NCBI GenBank assembly: GCA_019058275.1 | Contig: JAHLVW010000103.1 | Location: forward strand, 1-64,000 | DNA: 64,000 nt | Source: Candidatus Heimdallarchaeota archaeon | Lineage (GTDB): Archaea; Asgardarchaeota; Heimdallarchaeia; JABLTI01 | Direction: 5' to 3' | Shown here: positions 52,060 to 62,370 of the stretch, in pieces | Layout: each line of letters opens with the position of its first letter | How positions within the stretch are numbered: position 1 is the first letter of the stretch | Position numbers and translations under genes: made by a program | The notes under the pieces: model-generated | What the model was told of the DNA's origin: nothing | Database searches by the model: none | Seen by the model: only the letters and a program-made list of their open reading frames with translations

Positions 52060-53757
52060 TTAGATTTTCAAGACAAATAACTTGCGATATTCTATCATTT
52101 GTCCGGTTTTCTTATCTCGTTCTTCAATTACTGCATCTTTAGTTATTCGTGTGATACCATTTTCCAGTGATAGATGTTTTAAGGCTTCAACAATTGGCTT
52201 CTTCTGCTTTACAAGATTTTCCCACATGCTCAATTGGTTTGCTAATTTTTGTTGCTCTTCTGCAATATCCTCAGCAAGTTTCTTTAGACCTTTATCTTCA
52301 GTTATGAAACCAGCCTTCATCAGATAATCTTTAGCTTTCTCGATATCTAGTTCTGCCAAAGCTAATTGGGCAAAAAGCCAATAAGCTTGTGCTAGAAGCA
52401 CATGAAACTGCTCTTTTGATGCTATATCAACTAGAACATTAACCTTGTTTTTGACTTCCTCTAATATCTCTAATTCACCAGAAATTTGCAATTCTTTTAA
52501 GAGAATTGCTGAGTGATTAATTAACGCAATAACTTGCCAATAAGGAGGTAGATTTTCTTCAATTAGTACCTCTTCAAAAATTGCTGCAGCCTTACTCCAA
52601 TCACTCATTCGAGTGTCTGCTTTTAATACAAGGTCAGATGTAAATCGGTACAATCTATAAATTTTCTCACTTTCAACTATCTGATTAATTAATCTCAATT
52701 GCTCCAAATATTGTTGAGCTTTTTGATGTTCATTTTTATCTATAGATAGAGTAATTAAATTATACAAAACAGCAGGGAGTATTCTTCTCTTATCACCTAT
52801 CTCTTCACATTTCTTAAGTGCTTTAAGGTTGTATTTCATAGCAAGATTATATTTTCCCATTTGATGGTAAATTGCACCAATATTACTGAATACTACTTGA
52901 ACTCCTAGTATTTGCTCCCCTAGAAAAGCTAGGTATTTTAGGTAATATTCTAAAGAAAGTTCAAGCTCTAATAAAGCACTATAAGTAGAACCCAGATCAT
53001 TATAGATATATGGCAAGTCTCTTTTTGCATCAATCTCCTCGTTTAGCTCAACAGCTTTTTGATGCAATTCTAATGCTTTACTTAAGCTGCGTCTGTTCTT
53101 TTGATTAACACCTAAACCATAGTATGCAGCTGCCATGTCTTGTTTGTTTCCTAAGGATTCTGCAATTTTGAGACCCTTTTCATAAAGCTCATCTCAGTTT
53201 TTGTATTTCATTTGTAATCTAAAATTATCACCTAAGACTATAGTTATTTGAGCTATCAATTGCTTGTTATCACATCTTTCAGCAAAACTTAAAGCTTGCT
53301 TACAGTATTCCAATGCAAGACTATATTCTCCCTTTACATAAGGTACACCTACTTTTAGAAGCAACAACAATGCTTTTCGTTTTGCATAAGCTTTCTTTGA
53401 CAATTTATCTAATTTTTGAAGCAATTGTTCACCTAAATGTAAAGTAACTAAATGTTGCACAAAATTCCCTGTCCTCCAGTATGCTTCAGATTGTTGTATT
53501 AAAACATCAAGACGCGGGAGAACTAAATCTTGATCTTGACTTTCTTTTATTACTGCTTCTGCAATTACAAGGACTTCTTGGTAATCACCCATTTTGGTCA
53601 GAATTTCACTTTTTAGAGCTAAACAGGTAAGCTTCTCTTCCAATTTAATATCGTCGATTTTAAGTGTCTTTTCAATAGATTTTAGCGCTTTCTTGAATTC
53701 TCCTTGACTTATATGTTGTTCTATTTTCTTTAATTGCTTTTTTACATCTGATGTCAA
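52060..53757 (-). pseudogene. TPR protein split by one in-frame TGA
   Basis: Both ORFs share a frame and the TPR pattern continues across the TGA at 53194-53196. Confidence 0.8.
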
Positions 53758-54059
53758 AAATCTCCCCTCTTATAATTATAAAAAATATGCAATCAAAAGA
53801 TTTTCTGTCGATAGTTGGTGCAATGTCAATTAGTGGAAGTAGTACTTGAGTATGAAAAATCCTAAATTCACCAAAGGATAGAGGAAATTTTCTTTTTTAA
53901 TCAGATTTTTGTATAAAAAATATGATTATCGGCAAAAAATTATTAAAATAAAATAAAGTTTGTACTAATTAAGGGGAAAAGAACAAAACAAAATTTAATC
54001 TTCAACTCGGACAAGGTTTCTTTTTTAATAATGAGTCTTTTCCCCAGAGAAAAGGAAAC

Positions 54060-54087
54060 TGGACGGGGTAAAATTATTCCCCGTCCA
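54060..54087. terminator. GC-rich perfect hairpin
   Basis: TGGACGGGG-N10-CCCCGTCCA, 17 nt downstream of the stop of 54105-55001. Confidence 0.55.
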
Positions 54088-54104
54088 ACTAATACTTATG
54101 AACA

Positions 54105-55001
54105 TTAATCCATTAAATCCTCTAATTTAAAACTATGAAGAATATCAGTTGCTATCTGAATGTATTTTTGTAAATCATCTCTTACGTTCCTTGAAGTAGC
54201 TACTTCTAAAGCAACTTTAAGGGTATCAATAGACTCACTCAATAGAATATAGCTTCCATAATTAAACTCATGTTTGCTACTGACGAATTCTTCTACAAGT
54301 TCCATGGCACTGATAGTATCCTCATCACTAATTTTATCTGCAAATATTAATTTCTTTTCAGCAACTTTAACGTTAATGTTTTCTTTTCTAATGAGATATT
54401 CAATTTTTGCTATTAACTCCTTTTCAGTTAGATCAACTTCTTCTTGCACAGCAGAGCTTCGGAAAATAGGTTCTTTGGTTAATTGAAGGATAAAGAGAAA
54501 CATAAGCAAAATTGAGGAAAATAACGAAGAATAAAAACAAACAGATAATCGCAAATGATGATAATATGGATGGCGTATAAAATAAATTACTAGTAATAAC
54601 GTAAAAATTAATGCAGCAAATGAAGGAATAAAACCTAGAAGTCCTAATCTTTTAGAAGGAAATCTAAAGGTAATTTTACCAAGAGAACACAACAACAAGA
54701 GAATAGACATCACTAAACAGAGAAGGAATGCAAAGAATAGTAATTTCAGAGAATTAGAAGACCAAGATGATGAAGCAAAACGTAATTTTAATTCTACAAA
54801 ATGCGTAATTAATCCATGAGTATGCCAGGTAGCAAATGGAGAAATTACAAGAAATATCATTGCAACCAAGCTGATAAAAATTGCTAGAGAATTTATATAA
54901 ACAAATGGATTTTTACTTGCTCGTACAGAATGACCATCTTGTGAAGAATTAGTCAATGCATCAGTCAAAAAAATCCTCTCTAATATTATTTCCTTGTTCA
55001 A
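54105..55001 (-). CDS. Four-TM protein with soluble helical C-terminus
   Basis: Four hydrophobic helices followed by a charged helical domain. Confidence 0.65.
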   Translation of the reverse strand: MNKEIILERIFLTDALTNSSQDGHSVRASKNPFVYINSLAIFISLVAMIFLVISPFATWHTHGLITHFVELKLRFASSSWSSNSLKLLFFAFLLCLVMSILLLLCSLGKITFRFPSKRLGLLGFIPSFAALIFTLLLVIYFIRHPYYHHLRLSVCFYSSLFSSILLMFLFILQLTKEPIFRSSAVQEEVDLTEKELIAKIEYLIRKENINVKVAEKKLIFADKISDEDTISAMELVEEFVSSKHEFNYGSYILLSESIDTLKVALEVATSRNVRDDLQKYIQIATDILHSFKLEDLMD

Positions 55002-55154
55002 AGTTTATTAGTGTTTCATTCAAAATCAATTAGAAAAGGCATTAATTTTATCTACTTATTAATGTGGGAATTGTTTTGATACAGCTTTTCGTAGTGTTCA
55101 CATTTCTTCTTAAACAAATCTTAGTGCAACTAAGCAAAATGAAAAATAAAAAAA

Positions 55155-55200
55155 GTAGAATCACTGCACACACTTCTTCTTTAAGGTCTAGAAGTGTTAA
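55155..55200 (+). repeat. Repeat family R2 copy 1
   Basis: GTAGAATCACTGCACACACTTCTTCTTTAAGGTCTAGAAGTGTTA. Confidence 0.8.
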
Positions 55201-56042
55201 GAATCTCTTGTTTCTCGTTTATAAGCTTTTGAGAAATCAATTTCCTCTGGAAGATGCAAAGCACGACCTTCCATACCACCAGCAATGGTAATAATCTCAC
55301 CAGAAATATGACCAGATACTTTATCTGAAGCCAATATAGCAATAATATTTGCTATATCATCTGCTTCTGCAATCTTTTTCAATGGAACAGTTTTCAAAAC
55401 ATGTTTAATGCCTTCTTCATCATCAAGGTATTTTTCTGTCATTGGTGAAACCGTCCAGCCTGGACAAACAGCATTTACTCTACCTAATCGTACAACATTA
55501 ATTATCTCGTTTTTCAAACTTCTAGTTAAACCATAACTTATCGCTGCTTTTGCAGTTGAATAATCAGCATGACCTGCTTCTCCAAAAACAGCAGAAGTAG
55601 AACCTACAATAATAATACTTGCTGCTTCTCCATCGAATTTACGAAGTTGTTGGATAAAAGAACGACAACAGAGGAAGACACTATCAAGATCGACAGCCAT
55701 AGTTTTTTTCCATCTCTTCAAAGTCATTTTTTCAATTTCAACATATTCTTCAGACCAAATGGAAGCATTGCATATAAGAATATCAATTCTCCCCTTTTCC
55801 TTCTCAATTTGCTTAAACATTTCAAGAACTTGTTCTTCACTAGAGAGATCTGCTTTAATACAAAGGGTTTTTTTACCTATTTCATTTGCTAATTTCTTAG
55901 CTCTATTCTCACTACTATTATAATGAACAATAACATCAACACCTTCTGCAGCAAGTACCCGAGCTGTCGCTGCACCAATTCCACCAGAAGCGCCAGTTAT
56001 TAGTGCTACTTTTCCTTCAAGATCTAGATTCATTCTTATCAA
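55197..56042 (-). CDS. Classical SDR oxidoreductase
   Basis: TGASGGIG, YSTAK and VNAVCPG motifs. Confidence 0.9.
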   Translation of the reverse strand: MIRMNLDLEGKVALITGASGGIGAATARVLAAEGVDVIVHYNSSENRAKKLANEIGKKTLCIKADLSSEEQVLEMFKQIEKEKGRIDILICNASIWSEEYVEIEKMTLKRWKKTMAVDLDSVFLCCRSFIQQLRKFDGEAASIIIVGSTSAVFGEAGHADYSTAKAAISYGLTRSLKNEIINVVRLGRVNAVCPGWTVSPMTEKYLDDEEGIKHVLKTVPLKKIAEADDIANIIAILASDKVSGHISGEIITIAGGMEGRALHLPEEIDFSKAYKRETRDS

Positions 56043-56134
56043 TTTCTATATTTATTTAACCAGGTAATTAGTTTTAGCATTGAATGCACTTATTAGTTAG
56101 TTCTGAATACCATCATCAAGTTTCAATAAAAAAC

Positions 56135-56175
56135 GAATGTTCTCACTCGCTTCCTCTTTAAGGTCTAGATGTTAG
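56135..56175 (+). repeat. Repeat R2 copy 2
   Basis: CTTCCTCTTTAAGGTCTAGATGTTA matches the 3' half of copy 1. Confidence 0.7.
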
Positions 56176-56570
56176 ATTTCTAAGAGTTGTCTAGTTAAGC
56201 GAATCTGACGATTTTGACGATACCAAAAATAGAAACAAATAGTGAGAAGTAAGCAGAAAGAAAAGGGAAGAAAGGAAAGTAAGAGAAACGAATCTACAGC
56301 ACCTAGAAAAAGAGAAGTAATCAAATAAACAAAAAAAACTAGTGTTCCGAGAGAACTAGTTATTGTAAGAGCATAAGATAAAGAGAAAGAGCGATCATAT
56401 GTTTGTTGCAATTTCTGAAAGTAACGATGAACGAAGAAAACAATAACAAACAGCAAAGCAGCTGCAGGAAGAGAAAGACCAATCATCGATAAACCTCTAA
56501 GAGTGTCAAAACGATAAGGATAGGGCATGACATTCAATACTTCTAGATAATCAATGAAAATGAATTCCAT
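56172..56570 (-). CDS. Small three-TM protein
   Basis: Three hydrophobic helices. Confidence 0.55.
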   Translation of the reverse strand: MEFIFIDYLEVLNVMPYPYRFDTLRGLSMIGLSLPAAALLFVIVFFVHRYFQKLQQTYDRSFSLSYALTITSSLGTLVFFVYLITSLFLGAVDSFLLLSFLPFSFCLLLTICFYFWYRQNRQIRLTRQLLEI

Positions 56571-56656
56571 CCTCTAATTAACCCCTATTTGTTCAAACAC
56601 TAATATTATAATTGTAGTTCTATTCAAATTAAGGTTTTCGTAAAACAAAGAAAAAA

Positions 56657-56923
56657 CTAGAAGGGGAAGTAGCCTATCAAAACAAAAACAGCAATTGATA
56701 GTAATAAACCAAAGAAGAAACCAAAAACCTTTGGAAAGTACTTCTTACTTTCTGGATTAATCTTTCTCAGTTTAATGAGTTGTATCAGATAGTAGATAAA
56801 AAGACTGCAAAAGGCCAGCATTGCTAAAAATAACATCAACTGTGCTGTAAAATAAACCCAAAACCATTTTGGAAACGGTTCGGGATTATTGATTATATAA
56901 TAGTTGAAAAATCTTTCTAGCAC
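56657..56923 (-). CDS. Small two-TM protein
   Basis: Two hydrophobic helices; GAGGGAG upstream. Confidence 0.55.
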   Translation of the reverse strand: MLERFFNYYIINNPEPFPKWFWVYFTAQLMLFLAMLAFCSLFIYYLIQLIKLRKINPESKKYFPKVFGFFFGLLLSIAVFVLIGYFPF

Positions 56924-57005
56924 TCATACTCCCTCATCAAAGATTAAATATAGATTCTCTTCAAAATTCAAAAAAGTATTGTCTTATTAAAGATGACAAA
57001 AAAAT

Positions 57006-57029
57006 GTAGAATCACTGCACACACTTCTT
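57006..57029 (+). repeat. Repeat R2 copy 3
   Basis: GTAGAATCACTGCACACACTTCTT, an exact 24-nt match to copy 1. Confidence 0.8.
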
Positions 57030-57065
57030 TATATAACTGCAATAAATTTGTTATAAAAATCAAAG

Positions 57066-57680
57066 CTAATAAAATATTCGGGTTATTAATGCATTAATTG
57101 GAACGTGGGTTCCATTCTCTTGGCTTTCCTCTAAAACCATCCTAAGTTTTCTTTCCTCTGATAACTTACTCATTGTTGTTAGAACAAAATAGCTTATTCC
57201 TAGAGCTGCAAATATACCAAGATTTATTTCCAAGAATATCAAATATCTGTACTTTTGAAAGAATACGCTTATCTTCTCAATGGGAATTGCTACTTCTTTA
57301 TTTAGATAGCCTTCTGAATGTAATGATAAATTAATAATTGTATGAGAATTGACAATAGTTGTTTCATTAGAAGATCTAAAAACATAAGCTGTAACAGGAT
57401 CTATTCTATAACCCCAATAATTATCATAATAGATTAATCTACCAAATGCTAAATAACTGCCATCCTTAGTGTGCCTTGCTGCGTACTTTATAAGATCCCA
57501 ATAGATATCTTTTGAAGTTTCAATGGCAATTTGATCTCCATTAGCATCATGAATAACAGCCCACTTGCTTCCATCATGAGATAATTTATCGTTAGAATTC
57601 AAAGCAATTGCAAGAATACCAAGACCAATGGTTACTGCTAATAATATTGAACCAACAGTTTTTGCAATATCTCTATTCAT
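57066..57680 (-). CDS. Hypothetical membrane protein (two TM flanking an extracellular domain), possibly 3'-truncated
   Basis: N-terminal and late TM helices. Confidence 0.55.
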   Translation of the reverse strand: MNRDIAKTVGSILLAVTIGLGILAIALNSNDKLSHDGSKWAVIHDANGDQIAIETSKDIYWDLIKYAARHTKDGSYLAFGRLIYYDNYWGYRIDPVTAYVFRSSNETTIVNSHTIINLSLHSEGYLNKEVAIPIEKISVFFQKYRYLIFLEINLGIFAALGISYFVLTTMSKLSEERKLRMVLEESQENGTHVPINALITRIFY

Positions 57681-57921
57681 ATTCTACTTAACTCCCCAGT
57701 TAAACATATGTACCTCATTTTGAATTATTGATAAAAATGCTATTTAATGATTGTTATCTTTAAGGAAATTTAAGCTACAAGATATTTAAGGATAATTAAA
57801 CTGTTTTTAAAAAAATTATCATCAAACAATTGCATTTCATTAGTTGTGAAATTCTTGCATAATATGCTAAAAGTATATTAATTTTGTAGAACAAAATACA
57901 AAAGATAGGAGATAATTAACG

Positions 57922-59040
57922 ATGAAAGTTGATACGTTTTTGGTAGAGCAATTTATGGATAAATATGAACTCAATGTTGAGATAAATATTGCAGAAACTT
58001 GTGTTGACCCCTTCACATTGGGTGAATTTCTTGGATTAATGGACTATGAGTATTTCTTCGAAGAGTTCAAAAGCAGAAAATTAACTTATGGTCATATTAA
58101 TGGATCACCTGAACTCCGAAGTGGCATTGCTAACCTCTATAATAAAATGAAAGCTGATAATATTTTACTTTCTGGTGGTGCTATTGGAGCAAACTTTCTA
58201 GCTTTTTATAGCCTTGTAGAACCTGGCGATACTGTCATTTCAATTTTCCCTGCTTATCAACAATTGTATAGTACTGCAAGATCATTCGGTGCAACTGTTA
58301 GGTTATGGAAATTAAAATGGGAAGAGCAATGGGTACCAAATCTTGAAGACCTTTCATCACTTGTGGATAAAAAAACCAAAATGATAGTTATAAATAATCC
58401 ACATAATCCTTCTGGATACCTTATCAACAATGATTATCTTAAACAAATCTGCAAAATAGCAGAAGAGTGTGATGCCTATTTGCTTTATGATGAAGCATAT
58501 AAAGGACTATATCTAAACGATAACGATTCAGTTACTTCTGCAGTAGATATTTATGATAAAGCTATTTCAACAGGTTCCTTTTCAAAAGGTCTTTCACTAA
58601 CTGGATTGCGATTAGGTTGGATTGCTGCTAGTAAACCGATTATTGAAGAATGTATTCGTCACAGACATTATACAACTATTAGCAATGGAATGATTGATGA
58701 TTCTCTTGCAGCTCTAGCAATGCAACATGTTGATAGAATTTACAAACGAAATTTGAATATTGTTAGAACGAATTTCAAGATATTAAATGAGTGGATTGAA
58801 AACGAACCATTGATTGATTGGGTACCTGCTAAAGCAGGAAGTGTAGGCTTTTTGAAATACAATATCGAGATGCCTTCAGAGGAATTAAGCTTGAAGTTAA
58901 TCAAGGAAAAAAGCACCTTTCTGGTTCCAGGTTCATGTTTTGAAATGGAAGGCTTCCTGCGTATTGGATTCGGTAATAACACTAATACACTCATTGCTGG
59001 ATTGGAACGATTTAAGAAATTCCTAGATGCTTATTGCTAG
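57922..59040 (+). CDS. Class I/II PLP-dependent aminotransferase
   Basis: NNPHNPSG, DEAY and SFSKGLSLTGLRLGW motifs. Confidence 0.92.
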   Translation: MKVDTFLVEQFMDKYELNVEINIAETCVDPFTLGEFLGLMDYEYFFEEFKSRKLTYGHINGSPELRSGIANLYNKMKADNILLSGGAIGANFLAFYSLVEPGDTVISIFPAYQQLYSTARSFGATVRLWKLKWEEQWVPNLEDLSSLVDKKTKMIVINNPHNPSGYLINNDYLKQICKIAEECDAYLLYDEAYKGLYLNDNDSVTSAVDIYDKAISTGSFSKGLSLTGLRLGWIAASKPIIEECIRHRHYTTISNGMIDDSLAALAMQHVDRIYKRNLNIVRTNFKILNEWIENEPLIDWVPAKAGSVGFLKYNIEMPSEELSLKLIKEKSTFLVPGSCFEMEGFLRIGFGNNTNTLIAGLERFKKFLDAYC

Positions 59041-59073
59041 AATCATAATGTCAATAATGGATAGTTGTTTGAC

Positions 59074-59397
59074 ATGAATAGTAAAAAAACATATTCAGTT
59101 CTAATAATAGACAATTTTCATATGGATCCTGAATATGATTATGTAATTGAAGGATTTTCTACAAAAGAAATCGCAATTGAATTTGCTAGACGTTGGGTGA
59201 GATCTTCTGTAGAACATCAACGTAAATCAAATGCTGATAGAGATGAGTTAAAGCTTCTATAGTATCAATTTGGTGAAGATGCTGCTGTTCTAGGAGCTGA
59301 CTATGCTGGTGGTGATGAATTAAACTTCTTTCTTGATAATCCAGCATCACCAGAAGAATGTGATTGGTAATCAATTAAACAAGTATCAAAGAAGTAG
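59074..59397 (+). pseudogene. Conserved-looking small protein with in-frame TAG and TAA
   Basis: IIDNFHM...AIEFARRWVRSSVE...LL*YQFGEDA...ECDW*. Stops at 59260 and 59368. Confidence 0.6.
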
Positions 59398-59478
59398 CTT
59401 TCATTCAATTAGCAATTAAGATTTAAACAGAAAAAGTGGCGTTTTTAAGGTTCTTTAATAATAATTTAGCAAAGGATT

Positions 59479-59892
59479 TTGGTGTATCTTTTGTTAATAA
59501 ACCCGAAAGAAGCAATCACTAGTGAAGACACTCGAGATAATATTGAGATCTCTTCAGATATACTAAGAAAATATCAGAAAGCAATACACTACAAACCAGA
59601 CGATTATAAAAAATGGGTTAGATTAGGTTTTATCTATTTACAACATAGAAAATTGACATAAGCTGCTGACTGCTTTTTTCAAGCACTTAAATTGGATGTA
59701 AATTCATGCATCATATGGAATATTTTGGGATCGATCTTTTACATGCAAGGTAAGAAAGCTCTGGGTGTTATATGTGTTCATAAAGCTCTGAACTTGAATC
59801 CTCGATATTTTAATGCTAAACTCTTTTTGGAAATGATAAATAATAGAAAAGAGAGTAAGAACTCTCACATGAAACCAAAATTATTTTATTAG
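59479..59892 (+). pseudogene. TPR protein split by an in-frame TAA
   Basis: WVRLG...LT*AADCFFQALKLD...WNILG in one frame. Confidence 0.75.
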
Positions 59893-59958
59893 AATTTCTA
59901 GCAGAGTAAGCTCAAAATTTTTTCACAGAAAATGAACTTTCTGTGCAATACTTTCTTC

Positions 59959-61155
59959 TTAACCAATGTGTTTTTTGAGGGCTTTTGTAATCCTTTCTAA
60001 TGCATCCTGTAATACTGATCTTGGACAAGCAAGATTAAATCTTTGAAAACCTTCACCAGATTTACCAAACATTGCTCCATCATCTAAGCAAACTTTCGCT
60101 TCTTCTTTGATAATTCTGTCTAGTTCCTTTGGTTCAATACCTAGCTTTCCAAAATCAACCCAAGGTAAATATGATCCTTCCAAATCGAAAACCATTATGT
60201 TCTGATGAAAATCAGCAAAAAAGGATTTTAAAAACTCAAAATTCTGCCATAAATACTTCAATAATTCATCAAGCCATTCTTCACATTTATTATAAACAGT
60301 TTCAGTGGCAACTGCTCCAAAAATAGTAGGAGCTCTTATTGAGAGATTAGTTATTTGTGCAAAATATTCATCGCAAAGTATCTTATTAGGTATAATCACA
60401 ATGCTTGATTTCAATCCTGCAATATTGAATGTTTTTGATGGAGCTACACAAGTTATTGACTTCTGGGCGAATTCATCTGAAATTGTAGCATATGGGATAT
60501 GCTGATTGTTCTGAAAAATCAAATCACAGTGAATTTCATCAGAGATAACAATTACATTGTTTTCATTACAAATTTTGCCCATTTCAGTTAATTCCTTCTT
60601 GGTCCAAACTCGACCAACTGGATTATGTGGGGAGCATAAAATGAATTGTTTTGTACGAGGTTCTTTACACTTCTTCTCTAAATCATCAAAATCAACTTCA
60701 TAATGATTATCATTTATGACTAGTTGATTGTTTAAAACATTCCTTCCATTATTCTTTATAGAACTAGCAAAAGGATAGTATACTGGTTCTTGAATGATAA
60801 TATTATCTCCTGGTTGAGTAAAATATTGTATTATGAAATTAATCGCTGGGACAACACCTGGAGCAAATTTAATCCAATCCTTTTCTATAGCCCAATTATG
60901 TCTGCGTTTAAACCAATTTATTATCGCATCATAATATGATTTTGGTGGAACAGTATAACCAAATATTCCATGATCAACTCTTTTTCTAAGTGCATTGATT
61001 AATTCATTAGGAGCACGAAAATCCATATCTGCTACCCAAAGTGGAAGCATATCATCGTATTTGAAGTACTCTTTCATAAACTCTTGATTCCATTTAATTG
61101 CATTTGATTTCGTTCTATCTATTATTTCGTCAAAATTCCATTTGGGTTTTGTCAA
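59959..61155 (-). CDS. patB: MalY/PatB-type cystathionine beta-lyase
   Basis: LPLWVADMDF, HGIFGY, CSPHNPVGRVW, SDEIH and APSKTFN motifs. Confidence 0.9.
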   Translation of the reverse strand: MTKPKWNFDEIIDRTKSNAIKWNQEFMKEYFKYDDMLPLWVADMDFRAPNELINALRKRVDHGIFGYTVPPKSYYDAIINWFKRRHNWAIEKDWIKFAPGVVPAINFIIQYFTQPGDNIIIQEPVYYPFASSIKNNGRNVLNNQLVINDNHYEVDFDDLEKKCKEPRTKQFILCSPHNPVGRVWTKKELTEMGKICNENNVIVISDEIHCDLIFQNNQHIPYATISDEFAQKSITCVAPSKTFNIAGLKSSIVIIPNKILCDEYFAQITNLSIRAPTIFGAVATETVYNKCEEWLDELLKYLWQNFEFLKSFFADFHQNIMVFDLEGSYLPWVDFGKLGIEPKELDRIIKEEAKVCLDDGAMFGKSGEGFQRFNLACPRSVLQDALERITKALKKHIG

Positions 61156-61283
61156 GCTTTTACACCAACATATCTAAGACTAATGCATTCAACTAGCTAA
61201 TCTAAATTTATTTTTCTGAATTTAATTTTATTGGGTGATGATTTTACACATTACTTTTATTTTCTTTCAAAACATAGTACTCT

Positions 61284-62321
61284 TTGATAGTTATGGAGTG
61301 TTTGTTGAAACAACAAGGAATACCTCAAGGCAGCTGTTATACAATTACAGATAATGGTACAAAAAAGAAGGCTTGTGAGGTAACACTAAGAACCAAAGAT
61401 AATCAATATGAGCGCTTAATCAAATCAAAACACCTTTCACGACCAGAAGATTATTACTCTATCTATCAGAGTGGATGTAACCATGATTGCTTAAAGTGTC
61501 ACTCCTCTGAGTTTTCGAAGAGGGTAAACGGTCAATGGATTAGTGAGGATGAGCTAGCAAAGATTGCCAATGAGTATCTTTCCTATGTAACTGTTTTTGA
61601 ACCCAAAAATAGAGTAACCATGTGGCATGCTGAGGATCTTTGCTTACATTGTGGTTCTTGTATTATACATGGTAGAAAATCCAAATATTGTCCTGGAAAA
61701 CTATCAACTTCTGATATTGTTCTTTCCCCTCAAGGATTTGGTCCGGCTAGAAATATTTTAGCATTCACTGGAGGAGATTTGACATGCAATCCGAATTACT
61801 ATGCCAATGTTGCAAGTAAAATCAAAGAGGAAACTGATGGAAAGATAAGGGTTCTAGTTGAGAGTAATGGTTATGCTCTTACAAAGAAAAACCTCAAGAC
61901 ACTCAAAGAGGGTGGTGTTGATTCCTTTTGGTTGGATTTAAAAGCATATGATAATGAAATTTATCAGAAGTTATGTGGAACTCCGAATAATACTGTATTA
62001 AAATCAGTTGAATTAATTGTTGATCTAGAATTTACACTTGAAATCTTAATTCTTTACATCCCAAATTATGTAGAAACTGATCAACACAAGCAAATTGCTC
62101 AATTAGTCGTTGATGTAGACAATGAAATTCCAATTACTTTATTGGCTTTCTTTCCTTCTTATAAACTAATTAACAATCGCTCACCAACATTCCAAGAAAT
62201 GATGACAAGTTATTATGAGCTAAAAGCTGCTGGACTGAAAAACATGCGATTAGGAAATCTTGGAGTATTCGCTAAAACAGCTGAGCAAATTGAACAGATT
62301 CATTCATTGAAAAATCGTTGA
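61284..62321 (+). CDS. Radical SAM protein (PFL-activase-like) with extra Cys cluster
   Basis: CNHDCLKC, FTGGD, ESNG and DLKA motifs; additional CLHCGSC...C insert. Confidence 0.85.
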   Translation: MIVMECLLKQQGIPQGSCYTITDNGTKKKACEVTLRTKDNQYERLIKSKHLSRPEDYYSIYQSGCNHDCLKCHSSEFSKRVNGQWISEDELAKIANEYLSYVTVFEPKNRVTMWHAEDLCLHCGSCIIHGRKSKYCPGKLSTSDIVLSPQGFGPARNILAFTGGDLTCNPNYYANVASKIKEETDGKIRVLVESNGYALTKKNLKTLKEGGVDSFWLDLKAYDNEIYQKLCGTPNNTVLKSVELIVDLEFTLEILILYIPNYVETDQHKQIAQLVVDVDNEIPITLLAFFPSYKLINNRSPTFQEMMTSYYELKAAGLKNMRLGNLGVFAKTAEQIEQIHSLKNR

Positions 62322-62370
62322 TATAAGTTCAAGAAAGATTTTTCATTCATATCTAATATAACTGTAAGAT

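Noticed and set aside
55155-56175. R2 being a reverse-complement relative of R1
   Set aside because: Only a loose CTAG...GAAGCG..TGAG resemblance, in opposite orientation relative to the genes; could be chance.
1-57029. CRISPR array from R1 or R2 repeats
   Set aside because: Spacing is hundreds to thousands of bases with whole genes in between, and no cas genes are present.
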